NCBI GenBank assembly: GCA_964016885.1 | Contig: OZ024743.1 | Location: forward strand, 53,258,001 to 53,322,000 | From: Eledone cirrhosa | Taxonomy: Eukaryota | Reading direction: 5' to 3' | DNA: 64,000 nucleotides | In this document: piece after piece, positions 16,454 to 30,161 of the stretch | Numbering within the stretch: position 1 is the first letter of the stretch | Layout: every line of letters begins with the position of its first letter | The notes under the pieces: model-generated | Told to the model about the DNA's origin: nothing | The model's input: the letters and a program-made list of their open reading frames with translations, nothing else | The model's database searches: none | Made by a program: the position numbers and the translations under genes

Positions 16454-17082
16454 GTAAGTCAGTCATTTAACAAACTTAAATCTTATCTGCCAAGAAAATG
16501 TGTAAGTTTTTAATGTGTTGTTTTATATTGAATATAGGCAAATATTTAATCAGCTTCTTGGTTTAAAACCATCATACTGGGTGCCTTTAGCGAAGTCCAC
16601 TTTGTTACAATAACTAAACTACCATGTAATTAAAAACAAAAACATGATTTATTTTTCTTTTGTTGTATAGAATATAGTTTTTGTCAAAAAATATGTACTT
16701 TTCTCACTATACATTATTATTGTGAAGGTAGGAAGGGCATCCAGCCGTAGAAAACCTGCCAGACAGTCCTATACGAGCAAGACAACCTATCTTGCCTCAA
16801 GTGGGACAATTCCCGTCTAAACCCATTCTAGCGTGGAAGATAGACGTTAAACGATGATGATGATGATCATCATCATCATCATCGGTTGTGGCAAAGTTGT
16901 TAAAATATCGGACAAATGCTTATCAGTAATTGTTCTGGCTTTTTGCATTAAGGGTTCAAATTCCACCAAGGTCAACTTTGCATTTCATCCTTCCAGGGTC
17001 ATTGAAATAAACTACCATTCAAGTCCTGGGGTTGATATAATCACTTGTGCCTAAATTAGAAACCATTATTATGGCATCAGTT

Positions 17083-17275
17083 AGGGCGGGGGATTGGCAA
17101 TATCGGTAGAGGGTCGGACGCCATGCTTTGACGCATAGAGTTACGGCCCTTGCCATTCTGAGTTCAAATCCTGCCGAGGTTAACTTTGCCTTTCATCCTT
17201 ACGGGGTCTATAAAATAAAGTACCAGTAATGCACTGGGTAATTGCTGGCCTTGTGCCAATAGTAGAAACAATTAT
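17083..17275 (+). mobile_element. SINE family 1 (diverged relative just upstream, 16885-17070)
   Basis: Sequence match to 8632-8824. Confidence 0.85.
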
Positions 17276-17579
17276 TGTTTTAAACCACAGTAGCATACAT
17301 CATCATCATCATCATCATCACCATGTTTGCACGCTAGCATGAGTTAGATAAGTTTTCTGGTTGTTAGTCAAGTCAGGTCAGATGACCATGTCTTGTTCAT
17401 ACAGAACTGTTTCTGGCTTGGTTTCTATGGCTGCATACACTTCCTTATGCCAACCACATTTACAGCGTGGACTCGGTGCGTTTTTGCTTATATTCTAGAG
17501 TGGACTGAGCATGCTCAAATGGTTAGCAAGTTTGGCAACACAAATACCATTTTACAGAGTGGACTGCGTGTGTTTTATC

Positions 17580-17932
17580 ATGGCACCAGTACTGCCATGT
17601 TATGACACCACTACTGCTGTGTTGTGACACCACTACTGCTGTGTTGTGTTGTGACACCAGTACTGCCATGTTGTGACACCAGTACTGCTGTGTTGTGACA
17701 CCAGTACTGCTATGTTGTGACACCAGTACTGCTGTGTTGTGACACCAGTACTGCTGTGTTGTGACACCAGTACTGCCATGTTGTGACACCAGTACTGCCA
17801 TGTTGTGTTGTGGAACCAGGACTACCATGTTGTGACACCAGTACTGCCATGTTGTGACACCAGTACTGCTGTGTTGTGACACCAGTACTGCCATGTTGTG
17901 ACACCAGTACTGCGATGTTGTGTTGTGGCACC
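17580..17932. repeat. ~22 bp minisatellite TGTTGTGACACCAGTACTGC(TG/CA)
   Basis: Directly visible. Confidence 0.95.
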
Positions 17933-17967
17933 TGAAAGTCTTTGCAAAAATATGATCCTGAATAGGG

Positions 17968-20555
17968 AGTGGTGTCTGTAGTTAGTACTATGGGTGGGGG
18001 GTGGGGTGTCTGTAGTTAGTACTATGGGGTGGGGGTGTCTGTAGTTAGTACTATGGGGTGGGGGTGTCTGTAGTTAGTACTATGGGGTGGGGGTGTCTGT
18101 AGTTAGTACTATGGGGTGGGGGTGTCTGTAGTTAGTATTATGGGGTGGGGGTGTCTGTAGTTAGTACTATGGTGGGGTATGTCTGTAGTTAGTACTATGG
18201 GGGTAGGGGGTGTAGTCTATACTATGGGGGTGGGGTGGATGTAGTTAGTACTATGGGGTGGGGGTGTCTGTAGTTAGTACTATGGGGTGGGGGCGTCTGT
18301 AGTTAGTACTATGGTGGGGGTGTCTGTAGTTAGTACTATGGGGTGGGGTGTGTCTGTAGTTAGTACTATGGGGTGGGGGTGGATGTAGTTAGTACTATGG
18401 GGGTGTCTGTAGTTAGTACTATGGGGGTAGGGGGGTGTAGTCTATACTATGGGGGTGGGGTGGATGTAATTAGTACTATGGGGGTGGGGGTGTCTGTATT
18501 TAGTACTATGGGGGGGGGTGTCTGTAGTCAGTACTATGGGGGAGTGTCTGTTGTTAGTACTATGGGGTGGGGGGTGTCTATAGTTAGTACTATGGGGTGG
18601 GGGGTGTCTGTAGTTAGTACTATAGGGTGGGGTGTCTGTAGTTAGTACTATGGGGGAGTGTCTGTAGTTAGTACTATGGGGTGGGGGCGTTTGTAGTTAG
18701 TACTATGGGGGGCGTCTGTAGTTAGTACTATGGGGTGGGGGTGTCTGTAGTTAGTACTATGGGGTGGGGGGTGTTTGTAGTTCGTACTATGGGGTGGGGG
18801 TGTCTGTAGTTAGTACTATGGGGTGGGGCTGTAGTTGGTTCTATGGGAGAGTGTCTGTAGTTAGTACTATGGGGGGGGGGGGGGCTGTAGTTGGTTCTAT
18901 GGGGGGGGGGGGGTGTAGTTAGTACTGTGGGGGGGGGGGGCTGTAGTTAGTACTATGGGGGAGTGTCTGTAGTTAGTACTATGGGGGGTGGCTTTAGTTA
19001 GTACTATGGGGGAGTGTCTGTAGTTAGTACCATTGGGGAGTGTCTGTAGTTAGTACTATGGGGGAGTGTCTGTAGTTAGTACTATGGGGGAGTGTCTGTA
19101 GTTAGTACTATGGGGGGGGCTGTAGTTAGTACTATGGGGGAGTGTCTGTAGTTAGTACTATGGGGGAGTGTCTGTAGTTAGTACTATGGGGGGGTGGCTT
19201 TAGTTAGTACTATGGGGGAGTGTATGTAGTTAGTACTATGGGGGAGTGTCTGTAGTTAGTACTATGGGGGAGTGTCTGTAGTTAGTACTATGGGGGAGTG
19301 TCTGTAGTTAGTACTATAGGGGAGTGTATGTAGTTAGTACTATGGGGGGTGGCTTTAGTTAGTACTATGGGGGAGTGTCTGTAGTTAGTACTATGGGGGA
19401 GTGTCTGTAGTTAGTACTATGGGGGTGGCTTTAGTTAGTACTATGGGGAGTGTATGTAGTTAGTACTATGGGGGAGTGTCTGTAGTTAGTACTATGGGGG
19501 AGTGTATGTAGTTAGTACTATGGGGGAGTGTCTGTAGTTAGTACTATGGGGGAGTGTCTGTAGTTAGTACTATGGGGGAGTGTATGTAGTTAGTACTATG
19601 GGGGTGGCTTTAGTTAGTACTATGGGAGGGGGTGGCTGTAGTTAGTACTATGGGGAGTGTATGTAGTTAGTACTATGGGGGAGTGTCTGTAGTTAGTACT
19701 ATGGGAGGGGGTGGCTGTAGTTAGTACTATGGGGAGTGTATGTAGTTAGTACTATGGGGGAGTGTCTGTAGTTAGTACTATGGGGGAGTGTCTGTAGTTA
19801 GTACTATGGGGGAGTGTATGTAGTTAGTACTATGGGGGTGGCTTTAGTTAGTACTATGGGGGAGTGTATGTAGTTAGTACTATGGGGGAGTGTCTGTAGT
19901 TAGTACTATGGGGGGTGGCTTTAGTTAGTACTATGGGGGAGTGTATGTAGTTAGTACTATGGGGGAGTGTCTGTAGTTAGTACTATGGGGGAGTGTCTGT
20001 AGTTAGTATTATGGGGGAGTGTATGTAGTTAGTACTATGGGGGGTGGCTTTAGTTAGTACTATGGGGGAGTGTCTGTAGTTAGTACTATGGGGGAGTGTC
20101 TGTAGTTAGTACTATGGGGGTGGCTTTAGTTAGTACTATGGGGGAGTGTCTGTATGGGGGGTGGCTTTAGTTAGTACTATGGGGGAGTGTATGTAGTTAG
20201 TATTATGGGGTGGGGGTGTCTGTAGTTAGTACTATGGGGGGGGGCTGTAGTTAGTACTATGGGAGGGGGTGGCTGTAGTTAGTACTATGGGAGGGGGTGG
20301 CTGTAGTTAGTACTATGGGGGAGTGTCTGTAGTTAGTACAATGGGGGAGTGTCTGTAGTTAGTACTATGGGGGAAGAGTGTCTGTAGTTAGTACTATGGG
20401 GGGTGGCTGTAGTTAGTTCTATGGGGGTTCTGTAGTTAGTACTATGGGAGGGTGTGGCTGTAGTTAGTACTATGGGGGTGGCTTTAGTTAGTTCTATGGG
20501 GGGGGGGGGGGGGCTGTAGTTAGTACTATGTGGGGGGGGGGCTGTAGTTAGTACA
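17968..20555. repeat. G-rich ~25-30 bp minisatellite GTGTCTGTAGTTAGTACTATGGGGGA
   Basis: Directly visible. Confidence 0.97.
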
Positions 20556-20959
20556 CAGTATTATATGAATATATAATAATTATTCAACATTTTCATGAGG
20601 GAAGTATAGTTACTTGTGATGGAATTTAGAAGTGGGAGGAAAGAAAATATAAAATCTAGAATTTCAAAAGTGGGAGTTGATTGAGAGTAGGAATTGAGTT
20701 TAAGAGGAATCAGAAGTGGTGTGCAAGACTGCATTGGTATGGTCATGTGATCATCATCATCATCATCATCACAGTTTTATGTCCATTTTCCACACTAGCA
20801 TGGGTTAGATGAGTTGTCCTGTTGTGGGCAATATTAGGTCTGGTGACCATATCTTGCTCACACAGAACTGATTTTGACTTGGTTTCTACAGCTGGATGCC
20901 CTTCCTAATGGCAACCTCATTTACAGTGAGTACTGAATGCACATGGATATTGATTGCTG

Positions 20960-21190
20960 AGTGAAGAATGGTCAGGAAATCCCAGTGGAAGGAAACTGCA
21001 GTAGAAGTAGACCAAGGAAGACCTGGCAGATGTGCTGAGAATTGATATCAAATAGCTGAGACTCACAGAGCAGATGACAAAGGAATGTGTCAAGTGGAGA
21101 GAGGCTGTGCTGAAAAGGACCCATCCAAACCATGCAAGAGTGGAATAATGGATGTAAAAACAATGATGATGATGATGATGATGATGATGA
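20960..21190 (+). mobile_element. RTE 3' fragment with (GAT)n tail
   Basis: SRPRKTW-like coding end and shared RTE tail. Confidence 0.65.
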
Positions 21191-21579
21191 TAAGAACAAT
21201 AGAACAGTCTGCTCATGAAATTAACTAGAGGTTTAGCATTCCACATGTATATGGACCCTTCCCATATTTCTCAAGGAGATTCAGCATAATACTGGGTGTG
21301 ACAAAGCTGGCCCTTTGGATTATAGGTGCAGTTCATTTTTGTGAGCTGAATGGAGAAGAGCAACATGAAATAAAGTGTCTAACTCCAGAACACAATGAGC
21401 CACTTGGATTTGAACTCCTAAGCCATACACAACAGAGCAAGTAGACAAAGTAGGACACTTATGGACAATATGAAATATTTCAATGTTTAAAGGTTTCGTC
21501 TTAGACTCAGCAGAGGTAATAGTTCCAAAATGGTTTAAGTACAATTTGGCTTGTTGAAAATATTTTATCCTCTTTTGTT

Positions 21580-21772
21580 TTAACATTCGAGTCATGGTTA
21601 CGTTTTCTTAACTTCATAAGGCATACTGTTGGTTGAGGGAATATTAATCAAAAGTACCACATGAAAGTCTACACTGTAGACTCTACAGTTTTTAAGCCAA
21701 GAAAGGAACTTAACATTGTAACTTTAACACAGCTACTGAGCAGCCTCGAGCAACGCCGAGCTTTACTGCTAG
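21580..21772 (+). mobile_element. Non-autonomous Helitron 3' end
   Basis: Matches 25790-25984; hairpin CTCG-agcaacgc-CGAG then CTAG|T. Confidence 0.8.
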
Positions 21773-23820
21773 TATATATATAAAACGGTAGATGTATGTC
21801 TGTGTGTGTGTATGATTTTTATGCATTTCCACATTTCTCTACCGATTTTGATGAATTTTTTCCAATGTGCTCCAAATTTACCAGGCAGCTCACCACGTAA
21901 TTATTTTTGCCAAACATTTCCTGCTTCTATGAAAAGAAAATCGATAAAACTAAATACATGCTGTAACCCTCTCTCTTACACGCTTCATTCCTCTCACTAC
22001 TACCATCAAAAATATATGAAACTACATACATGTTGCAACTCTCTTTAAAAGGTTCATATTTCCTCTTCTCCACTCTCAATCTCCTCTGCAACTCTCTTTA
22101 AAAGGTTCATCACTCTCTCTACTCCCCCCCCCCCCAATCTCCTCTGCATCTCTCTTTAAAAGGTTACTGCCTCCGTCTACTACCCTTTACAGTTTAGAAC
22201 AACAAAACTTCTTTTGAAGGAACGCGACACAAACTTTGAAACCTAAGCAACACAACAACCATAGCTTTACTCTCTCCGTCGCTCTTCCCTCTCTCTACAA
22301 TAGATTATTCCCCCTCTCTACAGTCATAACGACACTCATACATCAAATATAAAAATTTTAAAAGCCGATAACACTAAATACATACTGCTCTCTCAACGTT
22401 ACATTTTACATCAAATAACAAATATTCAAAAGCAACAGATGAATTTATAAAACAACAAACCTAACAATAACGACCTCTCTATAATTTAACTGCATTACTC
22501 TCTCTATCGCTCTTCACTCCCTATATGACAACATTGCAGAGAGAGAAACAATGTATATGATCAAATGGAGCGTTCCGTATATTCCCCCTTTCTATAATTT
22601 AACTGCTTTACTCTCTCTGTCTCTCTTCACTCCCTATATGACAACATTGCAGAGAGAAACAATGTATATGATCAAATGGAGCGTTCCGTATATTCCCCCT
22701 CTCTATAATTTAACTGCTTTACTCTCTCTGTCGCTCTTCACTCCCTATATGACAACACTGCAGTGGAGCGTCCCGTATTGCCATACGGCTTATCTGGGGC
22801 ATTTTCAATCGGCTTATTGCAAATAACAACCCGCAAAATAACACTTCATATAACATATTAATGCTATAGACATATGAATCGGAAAATAACCTGTAAACTT
22901 TTCCTGGGCAAAATTATTCGAACAGACATGACCTCATTGTGTTCAGACTGAAACTGGCTAAACTCATGGCTTTAATCAAAAAGGTCAGGTATTTGGGGCT
23001 GTAAAATGTGACATGTTCACCGTCGAATGGCAAAAACGAGGGCTGCCACATGCTCACATTTTGATTTGGTTAGCTGATAAAATCAATTCAAATACCATAG
23101 ACAGCTTCATTTTGGCTGAAATCCCTAACCCAGCAACTGACCAGGAATTACATGACATCGTCAAAGCTAACATGGTCAAAGCATCACACGTGTCTGAAAG
23201 GGGGCTTGTGCAGTAAGGGATACAAAAAAAAATTTGTTGACGAGACTCAGACTGGTGGCGATGGGTACCCCCTGTACAGGCGGAGACGGCCCGAGAACGG
23301 TGGCTTCACCACAACAGTAAAGGGAAGTCAAGTCGACAATAGATGGGTGGTCCCTTACTGCTCGCTTCTCTTGAAGATATTAAACGCCCACATCAACGTT
23401 GAGTTTTGCAACTCCGTCAAGTCTATAAAATACATATGCAAATATATAAATAAGGGCTCTGGTGAGGTCACAGAATACTTGGCGGGGCGGTACATCAGTA
23501 GCAATGAAGCTTTTTGGCGCCTATTTGGTTTCCCCCTACACCAACGGCACCCCGCCATCGTACAGCTTGCGGTACATTTGGAAAATGGGCAAAGGGTTTA
23601 CTTTACGGACCAAACCGCCGCCAAGCTGGCCGCCGATCCGAAAGAGACCACTCTGACAGGTTTCTTCAAACTTTGCCAGTTCGATACATTTGCGCAAACA
23701 ATTGTGTACCCCCAGGTTCCATCCGACTTTATATGGTCGAAAAACACTTGGGTGCGAAGAAAGTCAGGTCAGGCTGTTGAAAGACATCCTGGTGTAAAAT
23801 TTGACAACTGTCTTGACCTC
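21773..23820 (+). mobile_element. Helitron 5' part with decayed Rep domain
   Basis: VFRLKL (motif 1), EWQKRGLPHAHILIW (HUH), KYICKYINKG (Y2), HINVEFC, LAVHLENGQRVYF, TTLTGFF. Confidence 0.9.
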
Positions 23821-24087
23821 CAGTGTCCTCAATCCTCAGACAGCCATTTTCTTCTGTAAAATTGTGAAGAGTGAAGCTCACCTGAGAAAAGGAACTACAT
23901 GAGAAGGAATGGTTGATACAGTGAGTGTCATTGGCTGTTCTTCGTGGCAATGCTTTTACCATCTTGCCCACAGGTGGTAGCTGAAATATATGACCCAGCC
24001 AAGGGTGTAGAGATTTTGCATTATTTAATTTCTTTCTCCCTTCCCCTTTTTTAAAACCTTTTTTTCTCTTTTCTTGTTTATTATTGG

Positions 24088-24276
24088 TCGATTGGCAGTA
24101 TCGGTAGAGCTGTCGGACGTCATGCTTTGCAGCAAAGAGTTACGGCCCTTTATGGTCTGAGTTCAAATCTTGCCGAGGTTAACTTTGCCTTCCATCCTTA
24201 CGGGGTCGATAAAATAAAGTACCAGTAATACACTGGGATAATTGCTGGTCCTGTGCCAAAAGTAAAAACAATTATT
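24088..24276 (+). mobile_element. SINE family 1
   Basis: Sequence match. Confidence 0.85.
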
Positions 24277-25055
24277 TTTATCCTTTTTAAAAAATAAATA
24301 CAAGATAATAAAGGCTATTAGAAAAAAAAATTAAGACAAAAATTACATTAATTTAATCTTTCAATTATTATAGTATTTCTTTAGTTTTATATAAAATTAA
24401 GATGATTTTCATGAAGCTAAGTCACTCAGGTGATCTCTATATTTCGTTTGTGGTTGTTTGAACCAATGTTATAGTTACGCTCCTTTGGCGTAGTTATCAT
24501 AAAGCTATTTCAAAGCCGACACAATATTATAATTAACCTCCTTTGAGATCTCTTTTTACCTTCTATATTTTTCATTATATGTGATTAAGGACTAATTAGT
24601 TTCATATTTATGTTTTCCAAAGATATCTTTAAAAATTGATGTTTAGAAAACTAATTAAAATTCTATAGGTTTCATATTTTTATTTGACGTTTTTCTCATA
24701 TTGAAATGAAGATTTAAAAGAGAATGGTACATACTAATTGATATGAATTGCACACAGTACACTCTGTAAAAAGGTTGGTGATAGGAAGGGAATCCAGTCA
24801 TAGAAAATCTTGCTAAATAAAAAGTTAGGAAGAATTTAAGTCATGTCAAAGACATGACAACCTCCCTATCGCTGGTGCTATGATAAATTGTACCAGGTGC
24901 ACTTTGTAGAGTGCATAAATGTGTGTAGGCAAGATGCAGCCCTTGGCCTATCTGAGAGATCACTGGTTTTAATTAAGTAGTCACTTGGCCTGCGACAAAC
25001 TATCTATCTCATGCTAGCAGGGAAAATGGATGTTAAATGATGATGGTGATGATAA

Positions 25056-25984
25056 TCTATATATATAAAACTGTGGTTGTCTGTCTGTCTATCGATTTTT
25101 GGCACACATCTCCTCTTAGAATCTCTCACGGAATTGCACCGAAATTGCTATACTTGTACATTGAGCCCTAGCGAAGACATCGGAAAAAAAATATTTCAAA
25201 TTGACCCACCCTATGTGACGAAATCGAATATAATGTATCGATTTTTGAGCGTAAGTTATCAGTTATTTCCCTTTGTTCTGTTTACATTGAGCGTCTTACG
25301 TAAAAAATTACGCTGGCTTTCTCAGCGTTTAAAATGACATTAACACAATACACGAACAGTTCGAACACTAAGCTTCCGTTTTGCTTCATTTCCATTTAAA
25401 AGCATTTTAAAACAATATTTTTACTTGAAAACAAGTCTATTTAAAGACTACGTAAAACAAGCAAATATTTCGTCGTTAGGCGTGCAGACAGTCAGTCGTG
25501 CAGAGAGGTGATATAGGCGTGCAGACAGATAGTCGTGCAGAGAGGTGATATAGGCGTGCAGACAGACAGTCGTGCAGAGAGGTGATATAGGCGTGCAGAC
25601 AGACAGTCGTGCAGAGAGGTGATATAGGCGTGCAGACAGACAGTCGTGCAGAGAGGTGATATAGGCGTGCAGACAGACATAACTGATAATTTGGTTACGC
25701 TAATGTTTTTCTCTGCGTTGCAGTGTTTACATTTTCGATCTTTGTTAATAAATAACCAGTGCAGTTTCTATCCCCAGCATCCTCTTTTGTTATAACATTC
25801 GGGTTATCGTTATGTTTTCTTAACTTCATAAGGCATATTGTTGGTTGAGGGAATATTAATCAAAAACACCACATGCAAGTCTGCAGAGTAGACACTACAG
25901 TTTTTAAGCCAAAAAAGAAACTTAACATTGTAACTTTAACACAGCTACTGAGCGACCCCGAGCAACGCCGGGCTTTACTGCTAG
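25056..25984 (+). mobile_element. Complete non-autonomous Helitron with internal ~38 bp minisatellite (25478-25680)
   Basis: A|TC 5' end, subterminal hairpin CCCG-agcaacgc-CGGG, CTAG|T 3' end, no TSD. Confidence 0.88.
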
Positions 25985-26457
25985 TGATAAATAAAATGAA
26001 TATTGATATATGTATGATGACCATGGAGACAGTTCATGATTAAATGGCTAAGAAGTTTGTCTTATAATCATAAGATTTTAGGTTTGAACCAATAACATCT
26101 CAGACAAGAGTTTTACTATAAGTTGACAAAAGCCTTGAGAGTCCATACTGATTGGTGAAAACTGTGTAAATAAACTGTACCTGGCATTGAAAGGATCAAC
26201 TTTGTCACAAACTGTGCCATGTTGATTTTATCTGAGGACTATTTTGAGAGTACATGTGTCTGTGGAATACTCAACCACTTACTAATACAATGAGCAGATA
26301 ATTCAGTTGACCAAGCAACTGAAATACATATAGTCAAAACTGAAGGAGGCACCATTTCTTTTATTGAAGTGTAGGACCTTGAGATGAAAATATAATCATT
26401 TAGCGGCATTTATTTCACTACTTCAAACATTAATTCCTATCAAACTTGAATTGTCTC

Positions 26458-27292
26458 TCACCACCACCACCACCAACACCAACACCAACACAACCACCAC
26501 CACACCACCACCACTACCACCACCACCAACACCAACACCAACACAACCACCACCACCACCACTACCACCACCACCACCACCACCAACACCAACACAACCA
26601 CCACCACCACCACCACCAACACCAACGCCAACACAACCACCACCACCACCACCACCACCACTACCACCACCACCACCAACACCAACACCAACACAACCAC
26701 CACCACCACCACAACCACCACCACCACCACCACCAACACCAACACCAACACAACCACCACAACCACCACCACCACCAACACCAACACCAACACAACCACC
26801 ACCACCACCACAACCACCACCACCACCAACACCAACACCAACACAACCACCACCACCACCACAACCACCACCACCACCACCACCACCACCAACACAACCA
26901 CCACCACCACCACCACCAACACAACCACCACCACCACCACTACCACCACCAACACCAACAGCAACACAACCACCACCACTACCACCACCACCAACACCAA
27001 GACCACCACCACCACCACCACCACTACCACCAGCAACACCAACACAACCACCACCACCACTACCACCACCACCACCAACACCAACGCCAACACAACCACC
27101 ACCACCACCACCACTACAACCACTACCACCACTACACACCACCACCACCACCACCACTACACACCACCACCACCACTACACACCACCACCACCACCACCA
27201 CCAACACCAACACCAACACAACCACCACCCCTACCACCACCACCACTACAACCACCACCACCACCACCACCACCACCACCACCACCACCACT
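26458..27292. repeat. (CCA)n-derived compound repeat
   Basis: Directly visible; intronic. Confidence 0.95.
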
Positions 27293-27520
27293 ATAGGTGG
27301 TCATCGTGTTGTCATGGTGTGAGACCAGACAGTTTGTAACAGCCCTAACTTTCATGTCCGTTCCATATTTTGCACAGTTTCTATAGTTGGAAGCTCTTCC
27401 CAATGTCTACAACTTTACAGAGTGTACTGGGTACATTAGTAGATATCTCTATCTCTCTTTTAAAATGTTTTGTTTACACAATATCAATCTGAAATCAATT
27501 TTGCAAATTGACTTTTACAG

Positions 27521-27604
27521 CTGAATTCTTCGTTTTCACGAATCTGGAAGAAAAATATTGATTTGCATGCAAAAAATTTACTCTCTATTGAAAAACTTTC
27601 AATG
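27521..27604 (+). CDS. LRR gene exon (LNSSFSRIWKKNIDLHAKNLLSIEKLSM)
   Basis: ttttacag acceptor, gtaatt donor, 84 bp, phase 0/0, LRR N-cap-like. Confidence 0.75.
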
Positions 27605-28001
27605 GTAATTAACTTTTTAAAAAATCTTTTTGTATAAACTTGACTCATTATTCTCATTTACATCAGTACATCTTGATATTCTTACTGACAGAGTCGACTG
27701 TTATAGGCTTTGAGATAGAGCTTCTGGTCTAAGGATATCAAGATATACTCATGTAATGTTTCCTACAGCATCATTCCATCAGTTGTGCTTCCTTCTTCTC
27801 TTTCACCAGTTTTGATGATCTTTCTCCTCTGTCTTATCATTATCACTTTATGTCAGCTGTTCCTTGCTTGCATGGATTGCCATTAATAAATAGATGGATC
27901 TTAATAAGAAACCCTCAACCAGAATAAGTGATAGTTTCCTTTGCAAATGTCTCAATATAAAAGATTACTGATGTTCATATTGTAAAACATGTTTTCTACA
28001 G

Positions 28002-28073
28002 AAATACCGCCCAAGCGTCGTAGATCTATCCTGCAACTCCATAGAAATAATTGAAAATCTCGATAATTTAGAG
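28002..28073 (+). CDS. LRR gene exon (KYRPSVVDLSCNSIEIIENLDNLE)
   Basis: ttttctacag / gtaagt, 72 bp, SDS22-type LRR consensus DLSxNxIxxIENL. Confidence 0.9.
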
Positions 28074-28126
28074 GTAAGTATTAAATAATATATATTTTGA
28101 TATTCCTAAACATTTAAGGGCATGCA

Positions 28127-28712
28127 TCATCATCATCATCACCGTTTTATGTCCGTTCTTCCACGCCTGTCGTGAGCAGTGTCTTGCTCATACAGGAACT
28201 GGTTTTGGCTTTGTTTCTACAGTGTGGACTGGGTGCTTTTTTGCTGTGGTACCTCCACGACCACTTTGCAGTGGGAGGGGGTGGGGGCATATTGTCTATA
28301 TGCTTCAGCTTTGGCTTGTTCCCGTGGGAAGTTGGGTCTTCTGTATTACTGCGTGATGCTAGAGGTCACGGTCGTGTGTCATTGCCTTTGAGAGGTGTAA
28401 TTGGATAAGGTCGGCTTTTATCACCTCATCCCAGGTCTTCTTGGGTCTCCCCACTCCGCGGTTTCGATCGACTTCTAGTGCTCTGAACCTTTTTATTCAG
28501 CTGTCATCCTTCATATGCATCACATGTCTATACCAACACAACCTCCTCTCATGCACACAGCATTTGATTCCTCTTATGCTCAGTCTCTCTCTCAGTTCAT
28601 TTATGCTTTGCCATTCACATATATTACTATTACACATCCATTGGAGCATGCAAGCTTCATTTCTTTCTAATCTGCACAAGTCTTCTACAGACAGCGCCCA
28701 GGTCTCATGCAT
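28127..28712 (-). mobile_element. RTE 3' fragment
   Basis: HETWAL..LERNEACML..RRLCWYRHV; (GAT)n tail. Confidence 0.85.
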
Positions 28713-29499
28713 CTATATAACATTAGCGAACATTTGGGAAACAAAAGTTTTAGACATTTGTTCTAACAGATCTTTATGTATTGAAAATTGTATATTTAGC
28801 TTAGTTTGTCATGAGAGATCATTGTAGCAAAATTTCATTATTTTCTTCCTTGGAAATAATTATGTCTCAGCATGTATATATATATGTTTACATGTATATA
28901 TACATGTAAACATGTATATATACATGTTTACATGTTTACTAATATATGAGAATAAGTGTTTGTATGTGTATGTGGGAACTTCCAGTTCAATTTATAGAAA
29001 AAATAAATAATGAATGCTTAATTGTGGAGAGCAAAGACTTTCTTAGCTGATAGCATTTTACATTTAAAAAGATTACTTCTGATTGTAATTATTGTTGGAA
29101 GACCAAATAAACTGCTGGCTACTTTTGGACCACAAAAATAAAGCTAAAGAGCATTATTGTGTTGGGGGACATTTGCCATAAACATGCAATTGCAATTGAA
29201 GCTGCTGGCTTTACTATGGAAATAGACGAATAGGGGAAAGCAGATTTATCAATGTTTAGTGTACATCTTTCATTGTGTGAGCTATCACATATTTCACCTG
29301 AAGATGTTGCCACGAGAAGAAGAAACAATGAAAAATCACATGTACCAGTGAAATATTATAATTAGACTAGTATGTATTAGGAGATGATAAAAAAAACTCC
29401 TCTTTTGTTGTCTAGAACAAAAAGGTGGTAATGATCATAGATTCAACCTTAAATACTATATGGTTGCTACTACTGTAATTGTAATACTATGGACACAGT

Positions 29500-29800
29500 A
29501 TGACAAAATGGTTAAGAAGTTAACAATCATTAGGTCACAGGTTCCACCCCACTATGTATCATTTACCATCGCCCTGGGTCATCCTAAGCCTTGTGAGTAA
29601 AACTGGGTAGGCTGAAACTGTTTGGAAGCCAGTCAGATGAACTGTGGCTATAATTCAAAGAGCCAGCCTTGTCACAGAGTGTGTCATGTTGAATCTCCCT
29701 GAGAATGATAGGGTACATGTGTTTGTGGAATTTTCATGAGTAGGATGTTCTGTTAATCAGACAATTATAACACTAATCATTGAAACCAATGGAGGTCCAG
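29500..29800 (+). mobile_element. Older SINE-like family 3
   Basis: Shared motifs GGCCAGCCTTGTCACA..GAATCTCCCTGAGA..GGGTACATGTG with copies near 26035-26350, 33420-33660 (-), 51785-52020 and 54050-54830 (-). Confidence 0.6.
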
Positions 29801-30102
29801 GTCAGTTCCATTTGTAATTCTAAGTGAGCACATGTCATTTGACAGTGAGCCATTACCAGTTCAAAGTAAGATTAAGAATTTAAAAATGAAACTATACAAC
29901 TTGAAAATGAGAATACCATTTTCAAAATGAGATAAACACAAAAAATATTTATTTAATAAAAAATATTAAATCAAAACATTATAAAATTATCTATAATGCC
30001 AATACCAAACAAAATGTTGTCTGTTGTTGATAAACAATCATGACTATAATGAAACTGTTGCTGTTGTTGTTGTTGTCATGCTTCTTCTTCTTCTTCTTCT
30101 TC

Positions 30103-30158
<56 letters not shown>

Positions 30159-30161
<3 letters not shown>

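Noticed and set aside
26423-27339. Pro-, His- or Gly-rich ORFs (extensin/formin-like)
   Set aside because: (CCA)n repeat open in nearly all frames; the LRR exon chain is in phase without it
29290-29340. CTGAAGA..GAAAC motif; also lone CTGATGA at 13094 and 62948
   Set aside because: No stem II pairing or NUH site
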